Of a DNA stretch of 64,000 nucleotides, positions 37,290 through 45,025 are shown one piece after another. The notes under the pieces were generated by a model, which had not been told where the DNA came from, searched no databases, and saw nothing but the letters and a program-made list of their open reading frames with translations. The stretch covers positions 4,750 to 68,749 of IMG/VR virus record IMGVR_UViG_3300045963_000147, one strand, 5' to 3'. This DNA comes from a virus. The translations under genes and the position numbers were made by a program. The number at the start of each line of letters is the position of its first letter. The stretch's first letter is position 1.

Positions 37290-37717
37290 GCCTCGCCAAG
37301 ATGCTCGAAGACGAAGAAGGGCGCAAGGGCAGCGCCTATCAGGACAGCCTCGGGTTCTGGACCATCGGCATCGGCCGGCTGATCGACGCACGCAAAGGCG
37401 GGCGTTTGACCGATGACGAAATCGACTATCTACTTGCGAACGACATCAGAGAGAAGACCGCGGAGTGCCGTGCAGCTATCGACTGGTTCGACGAGCTGGA
37501 TGCACCGCGCCAGGAGGTCCTCGTCGGCATGGCCTTCCAGATGGGCGTCGCCGGGCTGATGCAGTTTCACCAGACGCTGGCCTACATGCGCGATCAGCGC
37601 TGGGCTCAGGCCGCTGGTCAGATGCTTGCGAGCACGTGGGCAAAGCAGACACCCGCCCGTGCTCAGCGGATGGCCCACCAGATCGAAACAGGAGAACGTC
37701 AATGGCCTTCGACATAA
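37286..37717 (+). CDS. Endolysin, GH24 (T4-lysozyme-like)
   Basis: E-x8-D-x5-T triad in EEGRKGSAYQDSLGFWTIGIG; MAFQMG; WAKQTPARA. Confidence 0.93.
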   Translation: MSLAKMLEDEEGRKGSAYQDSLGFWTIGIGRLIDARKGGRLTDDEIDYLLANDIREKTAECRAAIDWFDELDAPRQEVLVGMAFQMGVAGLMQFHQTLAYMRDQRWAQAAGQMLASTWAKQTPARAQRMAHQIETGERQWPST

Positions 37718-38265
37718 AGACAGCCCTCGCGGGCATTGCTCCGACCATCGCCACCATGCTCGGCGGGCCGCTGGCCGGCACTGCCGTGGCTGCGCTGGAG
37801 AGCGCCCTCGGGCTGAGCCCTGGCGCCGGCGCCGACGAGGTGACGAAGGCTGTGTCCGCCGGCATGACGCCCGACGCCATCGCGGCTGTACGCAAGGCCG
37901 ACCAGGAGCATGCCGAGAAGCTCAAGCAGCAGGACATCGACGTCCTGAAGCTCAACCAGGACTACTCGAAGGCGATGGTGGAAGCCGCCAACGCCAACCA
38001 GGACAGCGCCCGCAAAGCCAACGTGGCTGGGGGAGTGCAGATGCCGTTGTTCTGGTTGTCCTTGTTCCTCCTGGCCATCGGCTTGGGCGCCGAAGGGTTC
38101 GTGCTGTTCCATGGCGTGCCAGACAACGTCCACGACATTGTCATCGGCCGGATACTCGGTCTGCTCGATGCTGTCGTGATGATGGTGCTGGGCTACTGGT
38201 ACGGCACCACGAACGGCAGCGCGCAAAAGACGGACCTCCTGGCCGCAAGCTCGCCACCGAAATGA
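37702..38265 (+). CDS. Holin-like membrane protein
   Basis: APTIATMLGGPLAG, DSARK, two C-terminal TM helices, YWYGTTNGS. Confidence 0.75.
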   Translation: MAFDIKTALAGIAPTIATMLGGPLAGTAVAALESALGLSPGAGADEVTKAVSAGMTPDAIAAVRKADQEHAEKLKQQDIDVLKLNQDYSKAMVEAANANQDSARKANVAGGVQMPLFWLSLFLLAIGLGAEGFVLFHGVPDNVHDIVIGRILGLLDAVVMMVLGYWYGTTNGSAQKTDLLAASSPPK

Positions 38266-38423
38266 AGAACATGCGGCATCGGCCATGGCAGGGATGCCGC
38301 CGCTGTACGGAACCATCGACCGTTACCCAATCCCTGCCACTGTGGGCGGGGCTGTTCCCTTGTCAGCTTCGCCCACACCCACGGTTCTAACCTCTACAAT
38401 CGACCGAACTTAGAAAGACCGCC

Positions 38424-38852
38424 ATGGCAAACGCACTCTATGGGCTCGGCAAGCAGAAGCTGCTCAGTAGCACCTCTGCCATCAGCCTGGACACCGACAC
38501 CATCAAGGCCTGCTTAGTCACCACCAGCTACATCCCGAATCTGGCCACGGACGAGTTCTACACGTCCATCTCAGCGTACTTGGCTGGCGGGGCCAGCGCG
38601 ACGATGAACACACAGACAATGGGCACCAAGACCATCACGCTGGGCGTCTTCGATGCGGCCGACCTGACGTTTCCGGCGGTGACTGCCGCGGTGGTGGCCA
38701 AGTACGTCGTGATCTGGAAAGACACCGGCACCGCCGGCACGTCGCCGCTGCTTGCGTGCATTGACACGATCACGGGCTTTCCGCTGACCACGAATGGCGG
38801 CGACGTGACCGTACAGTGGGACAACGGCGCATACAAAATCTTTAGCCTGTAA
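38424..38852 (+). CDS. Fibre subunit protein (module 2)
   Basis: MANALY..GKQK, GVFDAADLTFPAV, VVIWKDTG..TSPLLACID, NGGDVTVQWDNG. Confidence 0.8.
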   Translation: MANALYGLGKQKLLSSTSAISLDTDTIKACLVTTSYIPNLATDEFYTSISAYLAGGASATMNTQTMGTKTITLGVFDAADLTFPAVTAAVVAKYVVIWKDTGTAGTSPLLACIDTITGFPLTTNGGDVTVQWDNGAYKIFSL

Positions 38853-38861
38853 GCCGGTGAC

Positions 38862-39611
38862 ATGGCCCTCATAGCGTCGGGGTGGGCTGGCACAAACTTC
38901 GGCACGGCGGCGATCTTGCCGATCGCCGTCGGGTTTGTTTCAAGCGCTTTCGGCACTCCGAAGTTCGGCACGACAGGCATCGCCACTGCGATCCACGCAA
39001 CGACATTCGGCGCCGCCACCGCGCCACCCTACGCTACACCGATCAACAGCACGGTGTTCGGCCTGCCGAATTCGCCGTACTTGCAGACCGGCACCGTTTC
39101 TGGGATCGCCAGCACCGCGCTCGGCTCACCCCGACTCAACACGCGCTGCTACGCCGCCACGATCACGCCTAACACGGTCGTGTCGCGGGCCTACACCGCG
39201 ACGAATCGGACGGCAATGGCATCGGGGGCGACAAGCACGCTCTTCAGTACGCCGACCGCCACCGGGCGGCGCTCCGGGGGCTTGGGCACCCTGACCGCAA
39301 CAGGCGGCTTCAGCGCCAGCGCGTTCGGCACTCCCGTTGCCGCAGTGGCGCAGAGCGCGAGCGTGAACGCGATCTACAGCACGAGTTTCGGTGCGCCAAC
39401 GTCGCGCGGCGGGCGGGTGGCTACCGGTTTCAACAGGACGCGGATGGGGACCCAACACAGAGCGGTATCGGTCATCGGTGCGAAGTACGCCAGCGGGTTC
39501 ATTGTCGGCAACTTCGGGACGCCGGCCGGCGCGATCAGGGACCGCGCAACCGCGATGGAGCCGACGGTCAGGTTCGGGACGCCGCTGCTGACAAGGAGCA
39601 CCACATGCTGA
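38862..39611 (+). CDS. FGTP-repeat fibre-like protein (module 2)
   Basis: Recurring (S/T)xxFG(T/A)P at roughly 15-25-aa spacing. Confidence 0.75.
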   Translation: MALIASGWAGTNFGTAAILPIAVGFVSSAFGTPKFGTTGIATAIHATTFGAATAPPYATPINSTVFGLPNSPYLQTGTVSGIASTALGSPRLNTRCYAATITPNTVVSRAYTATNRTAMASGATSTLFSTPTATGRRSGGLGTLTATGGFSASAFGTPVAAVAQSASVNAIYSTSFGAPTSRGGRVATGFNRTRMGTQHRAVSVIGAKYASGFIVGNFGTPAGAIRDRATAMEPTVRFGTPLLTRSTTC

Positions 39612-40777
39612 CTTTCAAGGCCTTCACGGGCATCAACAACGCACAGCCCACACACCGGTTGGGCACCAGCGAGCTGACGGCGGCGCTCAACGTGGACGTG
39701 GGGCTGTCGGGCGAGGTGTCGCGACGTGCGGGCTACTCGCAGCTCTACGGGACGTGTCACAAGAATCTCTGGCAGGCCAACGGGTTCAAGCTGGCCACCA
39801 TCGCTGGCAACGACCTATACGCCATCAGCCCGTCGTGGGCCTACACCCTGGTGTCAGCGTCGTTGGGCACTTCGCGGGTCTGGTACTGCAACCTGCCCGA
39901 CGGGCGTACCACCTTCAGCAACGGTGCCATCAACGGCATCACGAGTGGCGGCGCATCCGTTGGCTGGGGCGTCCCGATCCCCACCAGCTTGGGCGCGATT
40001 GCCGACGTGTCCGGTTCGCTGTTTGCCGGCGACTACCAGTACCAGTTGACCTACCGGCGCACGGCGGACGGCCTGGAGAGCGGGCCGCTGTACTCCAACC
40101 CGAACACGATCACGGCTGGTGGCATCGCGCTGACCGGCCTCCCTACCCTGACCGGGCACACGATCAACGTCTACATCACCGGGCACAACGGTGGCACGGC
40201 CTACTACGCGGGCAACACCGCGACGAGCACGTTCAGCTACACCGGCACCAATGCCACGCTCGTGAAACCCTGCCGCACCGAGATGCTGTCCCCTGCACCC
40301 GTCGGCACAGTGACGGCTTTCTGGCGCGGCCGTGTGCTGGTCGCGCAGGGCTCGGTCTTGCGGGCGTCGATGGCGGGCCGCTGGCAGCACTTCAACATGC
40401 GCCGCGACTTCAAGCAGTTCAGCGCGCCGATCACGTTGATTCAGCCCGTCGACGGCGGCATCTTCGTTGGCACGACCAAGGAGCTGTGCTTCTTGGCCGG
40501 AACCGAGTTCGACAAGCTCACCTACGTTCAGGTTATCAACGGCTCGACGGTGTTGGGCAGTGGGGTCACTGTGCGCGGCGAGCTGCTTAAACAGGGCGAG
40601 GGCGCTGGCCTGGGCAGCGCGATGGTCTGCATCGCCGACAGCGTGGTGGTGGCCGGCTTTAGCGACGGCCAGATCGTGCGGCTGACAGAGGGGCGCTACA
40701 GCACGGCGGTTACCGAAGTTGCCGCGACCTTCCGTATGAACGGCCGTATCCCGCAGTACATCGCTGTTCCGCAATGA
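39605..40777 (+). CDS. Tail structural protein
   Basis: FTGINN..ALNVDV..GEVSRRAGY N-terminus; beta-propeller-like pattern. Confidence 0.75.
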   Translation: MLTFKAFTGINNAQPTHRLGTSELTAALNVDVGLSGEVSRRAGYSQLYGTCHKNLWQANGFKLATIAGNDLYAISPSWAYTLVSASLGTSRVWYCNLPDGRTTFSNGAINGITSGGASVGWGVPIPTSLGAIADVSGSLFAGDYQYQLTYRRTADGLESGPLYSNPNTITAGGIALTGLPTLTGHTINVYITGHNGGTAYYAGNTATSTFSYTGTNATLVKPCRTEMLSPAPVGTVTAFWRGRVLVAQGSVLRASMAGRWQHFNMRRDFKQFSAPITLIQPVDGGIFVGTTKELCFLAGTEFDKLTYVQVINGSTVLGSGVTVRGELLKQGEGAGLGSAMVCIADSVVVAGFSDGQIVRLTEGRYSTAVTEVAATFRMNGRIPQYIAVPQ

Positions 40778-43119
40778 CGCTGTTCAACCAGAACTGGGCC
40801 TCCTTCGACGGCGTGCCGATCACCGGTCGCACCCCGACGAACTTGCGCATCCACTCCGAAACGGGCCAACCGCTGACGCCCGAGCAGCAGGGCGCGGTGG
40901 CGCACGCTTTCAAACTGTTCTGCGACGCAGTCAAACTCTCGTCGGCCCCGGACGCTTTCCACGTCCAGCACCGCATCCTGGCCGACGGCTCGCGCGTGCA
41001 GATGAACGCAAACACCGGCATCTTCACCGTGGACGTGTGGCCGAACACCGGCGGCCCGAAGCAGGGCGTGTTTCGCGGATTCGTCATCAAACCAAAATCA
41101 GTTGGGGGCGTACCGTTCACCTGGGCGCCTGTTTCTACGTTACTGAAGGTAGTTGGCTTCTGGAAGAAGTGGATAAACAACTACAGGCCCGATAAACTGC
41201 CGGTCGGCCCGACGTACTGGGTCGATACGACTAAATACACAAAAGAGGCTGTGCCGGTCTCAGAAGATTACCCGTATTGCGACGTCTACACATTGAGCAA
41301 AGGCACGGTGTACCGCAACGACATTCCACGATTTACAGTGGCTGGTGGTACGTCGGGTGTTCCGATCTATTTCAGTTCGCTTGCGGACAATCGCGCGCTG
41401 TTCGATGCCAGCGATAGCGGGCTGAAACATTTCGCTACCGTTTCCGGGGTACCGACAGCCGTACCGTTGTGGGCCAGAGATACTGCACTAGCACCGCACG
41501 TAGTCGGTTATCTCTACTTAGCCGGCGCGCGCTACACACTCCTGTCGCAAGTCCTTTCATACTTAAATATCCTGGTAACGCCAGCAGGCGCGTGTCAGTT
41601 TTATCGAGCCGACCTCGTCCTCCAGGAGACGAGCCCATGGTACACAGTTTCGCCGACGTACTTTTACCAGATCAACGTACCGGGCGATCTGTCTGGCACC
41701 GGCGGATATACATCCTCAACAACGGCGGTGCCCGACGCGCCGTGGGTTCCGATCGCCGACCCAGAAGCCAATGTTACTTGGTGGCAGTATGACAATAGTC
41801 CGGCCAGCGGATTCCTGAGAAAAATATACGGAACGAGGGTGTCTACTTCAGACCTCTTAGGCACCTACGTCTATAACAAGTCACCTTTCAGCCCAGACGA
41901 GACCTTCGATATTTATGCGGACATGAGTGCGGTTATCCAGAGGGGATTGACGATCCAGTCCAAGCTCGTTCAGGGAACGGCGAACTGGTATAACTTATGG
42001 GACGGACCGTTAGGTATTTGGGGCACGTACGGAAATTTATTTTCTACTTTCGCCGACTCCCTCTCTTACCAAGCGCACGAGGTTCCACCCGGAGGGGGTG
42101 TGATTTCTCCTGGCGCCACCGTCACTCTTGCGGCCCAGCAGGTCGGCGGTAAACTTGTGAACTTCGACTGGTCGATGTCCGCGGCACAAATAACGGACGT
42201 CGGTGAAATATTTCGCACAGAGACTCAGCATGACTACACCTATGTTGAGTCTACCTCGTACGAGCTTTATTCTAATGCCCCACCAGCAACATATAGCGCC
42301 GGTAACGGGTCTGGATATTACGTCCCGCCGACCTACTATTTCGCGGTCATCCCATTAGACAACCTCGTGCATATCACGCAGTCCTACCGAACCCCGTATA
42401 CCAGGGTGGACAGGACCGAGAAGTACAGTGCCGCTGGCAGTGCCAAGGATTACATTTACTACGACAGTAAAAATCGCGTCAGTGTATTCTTCGAAAGTAT
42501 CCTCACTGCATCGTCGTCCGCAGCTACCACTACCATCGACAGCGTGACGACGTCAGACTCGCTGACCATGAGTTTTAGGCTGGACGTGAAAGTCCGTCTC
42601 GAAAGCCCACAGCTCAGCGCTCATTCAAACACTCTGAGCTTCAGATTCACTAATTTAGCGCTGTCGCCCAGGACTATCGCGCCGGCTGACCTCAGTTTCG
42701 GCTCCAGTAATTTCGCTTGGAAGCACGTCACCCCAATTAAGGTATTTCCGATTTTCACACCGAAGTGGTTTGAGCAAGGCCTTTGCCCCTACCTCGCGTA
42801 CACCACAGCCGCTGAAAACGAGTACGCATACTCGCACGGTATTCCAACAATGCCTCGCCTCACAGCGTCTTTCCGGCTGCAAGCGTTGTTTATCGCCCGT
42901 TCCGATTTCGCCCCCATACCCGATCTTGGCGGCGCCACCCAAGTGCAGCTTCCCATGATGGAGCAAATGCTGGGACAATACGTCCCTATCTACCGGGGTA
43001 TTTTTGCCGCCCTCGAATCGACGCCGTTCATCCTCAACGCATCAACGCCCGACAACCTGCTGCACGAACACATCGGCATTACCGACCCTGACCCGCACTC
43101 GGAGTTCTACCGCACATGA
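40774..43119 (+). CDS. Putative tail/receptor-binding protein with low-GC variable core
   Basis: 781 aa, Tyr/Ser/Thr-rich; codon usage shifts at ~41090-43020. Confidence 0.7.
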   Translation: MTLFNQNWASFDGVPITGRTPTNLRIHSETGQPLTPEQQGAVAHAFKLFCDAVKLSSAPDAFHVQHRILADGSRVQMNANTGIFTVDVWPNTGGPKQGVFRGFVIKPKSVGGVPFTWAPVSTLLKVVGFWKKWINNYRPDKLPVGPTYWVDTTKYTKEAVPVSEDYPYCDVYTLSKGTVYRNDIPRFTVAGGTSGVPIYFSSLADNRALFDASDSGLKHFATVSGVPTAVPLWARDTALAPHVVGYLYLAGARYTLLSQVLSYLNILVTPAGACQFYRADLVLQETSPWYTVSPTYFYQINVPGDLSGTGGYTSSTTAVPDAPWVPIADPEANVTWWQYDNSPASGFLRKIYGTRVSTSDLLGTYVYNKSPFSPDETFDIYADMSAVIQRGLTIQSKLVQGTANWYNLWDGPLGIWGTYGNLFSTFADSLSYQAHEVPPGGGVISPGATVTLAAQQVGGKLVNFDWSMSAAQITDVGEIFRTETQHDYTYVESTSYELYSNAPPATYSAGNGSGYYVPPTYYFAVIPLDNLVHITQSYRTPYTRVDRTEKYSAAGSAKDYIYYDSKNRVSVFFESILTASSSAATTTIDSVTTSDSLTMSFRLDVKVRLESPQLSAHSNTLSFRFTNLALSPRTIAPADLSFGSSNFAWKHVTPIKVFPIFTPKWFEQGLCPYLAYTTAAENEYAYSHGIPTMPRLTASFRLQALFIARSDFAPIPDLGGATQVQLPMMEQMLGQYVPIYRGIFAALESTPFILNASTPDNLLHEHIGITDPDPHSEFYRT

Positions 43120-43553
43120 ACACCATCGTCGTCAACACGCTTACTGGCGCTGTGTCGGAGTACGACTTCAGTTTCCAGTCCATCACCGATACGCACGCCG
43201 GCTCGGCGCTGGGTCTGTATGCGTTGGGTGGCGACCTTGACGTGTTGGCACCGGTCATCGCCAACGTGGTGACAGGCCGCACGCTGCTGGACGAGTCGGC
43301 CAAGAAAACCCTGGACATGTTGTACTTCTCGATGACCGGCAGCGGGGTCAGTACAGCCGGCGTCTACACTGAGTCGACGAGCTACAGCTACCAATTCGCG
43401 GTGCGCGCAGCCGGTGAGTCGCGCTGCAAACCGGGCCGCGGTATCCGTGAGAACTATTTTGGCTTCGGCTACAGCAATACCGATGGTGCAGCTTTCAGCA
43501 TTGACCGGATCGAAGTGCTCGTAAACGTATCGCCCAAACGAAAGGTCGCATAA
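43116..43553 (+). CDS. Tail structural protein
   Basis: IVVNTLTGAVSEY..F.S, GRGIRENYFGF..SN.DG. Confidence 0.75.
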   Translation: MNTIVVNTLTGAVSEYDFSFQSITDTHAGSALGLYALGGDLDVLAPVIANVVTGRTLLDESAKKTLDMLYFSMTGSGVSTAGVYTESTSYSYQFAVRAAGESRCKPGRGIRENYFGFGYSNTDGAAFSIDRIEVLVNVSPKRKVA

Positions 43554-44714
43554 ATGGCCACGCCATCAGAACTTGTCACGACATCGTTCGCTCAGGCGCA
43601 AGACTACGCAGCCATCGCGCAGTCCAGCCTGACCGGGTTTACCGCTGCGCTGAACGCGGCCATCTACAGCCCGCCCACGATCAGCGTGGTGTGGAACTCC
43701 ATCGCCACGCCCAGCCTGCCGTCGCTGCCCAGCGTGCCGACGATGCCGACGATCACCTACAACGCGCCAACGGCGGTGGCCGACTTCATTGACGTCGCGC
43801 CGACGGCCCAAGCGCTCGACTCGTTTGACCTCAACCCGCCGCTTGTCTCCGACCTGATTACCGGCCTGTCGGCCGATTTGAAAAGCATGGTCAGCTACCG
43901 CATGGCGCACAGCACAGGGCTTTCTGTGGACGTCGAAGCAGCGATCTGGGCTCGCGCACGAGACCGCGCGACGGCACTGGCTCTGGCCAACGAGGACGAC
44001 ATCGCCCGCACGTCCGAGGCGATGGGGTTCATGATGCCGGCCGGCGTGATGGTGGACCAGTTGCGCATGGCTCAGCAGCACTACTACGATGAGGTTTCAG
44101 AACTGTCACGCGACATCGCAATCAAGCAGGCCGAACTGGAACAAAAGAACAACACTGACACTCTGACGGTCGGGAACGCCCTGAACGGTGAACTCATCAA
44201 CGTCTACAAAACAACCGCCGACGCGTACGGCATACTCACCTCGGCCAAGGCTGAATACTCCAAGCTGGGCATGTCCCGCTACGAGAGCCTGATCCGTGCC
44301 TACGAGGCCAGCGTGAGCGCGTACAAGACCAAGGTGGACGCGGAGCGCAGCCGCATCGAGGCCTTGACGGCGCAGTCGACGACGATGCTCGACGGCTACA
44401 AGGCCGGCGCGCAGGCGTTGGAGGCCACGGCCAGCATGTACTCGCGGCTGTACGAGACGCAGATCAAGGACTATGAGGCCGGGCAGCAAATTGTGATCCA
44501 GGCCGCGAAGATCAACGCCGACAACGTGAACTTCGCCAACAGCACGCGCACCGATGCAGCCAAGGCCGGCGCCCAGGTCTACGCGCAATTGGTCAGCAGC
44601 GCCTACAGCATGATCCACGCGAGCGCTGGTGTGTCGGCCGGCGCCCAGATGGGCGTGAACTACAGCTACAGCAACGACACGACGTCGACGGTGTCGCCGA
44701 TCACTTCAGTCTGA
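43554..44714 (+). CDS. Virion (ejection-type) coiled-coil protein
   Basis: VEAAIWARARDR, GFMMPAG, SRDIAIKQAELEQ; Ala-rich helical. Confidence 0.75.
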   Translation: MATPSELVTTSFAQAQDYAAIAQSSLTGFTAALNAAIYSPPTISVVWNSIATPSLPSLPSVPTMPTITYNAPTAVADFIDVAPTAQALDSFDLNPPLVSDLITGLSADLKSMVSYRMAHSTGLSVDVEAAIWARARDRATALALANEDDIARTSEAMGFMMPAGVMVDQLRMAQQHYYDEVSELSRDIAIKQAELEQKNNTDTLTVGNALNGELINVYKTTADAYGILTSAKAEYSKLGMSRYESLIRAYEASVSAYKTKVDAERSRIEALTAQSTTMLDGYKAGAQALEATASMYSRLYETQIKDYEAGQQIVIQAAKINADNVNFANSTRTDAAKAGAQVYAQLVSSAYSMIHASAGVSAGAQMGVNYSYSNDTTSTVSPITSV

Positions 44715-44753
44715 GCCCGAGGCATACTGGCGCCCGGGTAACAGGAGAAGCTC

Positions 44754-44954
44754 ATGATGTGGTCTTTTTTGTGGCGGGCGGCGTTGTATGCGCCGGTGTT
44801 CGCTTTCGCTGCGACCGCGATCTACGGCTTTGCCATGGGGCTGTTCGGCAACACGTATGCCGACATCCGCACGTCAGCGATGGTGGTGCAGGTACTCGCC
44901 GGCCTGTGGGGTCTGAGCGGGGCCTACGAAGGCGCACGTCGAGCGCAGCCGTAA
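44754..44954 (+). CDS. Small two-TM membrane protein (moron-like)
   Basis: AGGAG RBS, upstream CATACT, 66 aa hydrophobic. Confidence 0.6.
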   Translation: MMWSFLWRAALYAPVFAFAATAIYGFAMGLFGNTYADIRTSAMVVQVLAGLWGLSGAYEGARRAQP

Positions 44955-45025
44955 GGCGGGTGGGCGCTATGCCTGCCCGCTGTCGCGACCTACAATCGAA
45001 GCTCTAACACAGATCGGACGAAGAT

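Noticed and set aside
30076-43119. Diversity-generating retroelement acting on fibre genes
   Set aside because: No reverse transcriptase and no adenine-specific TR/VR pair seen.
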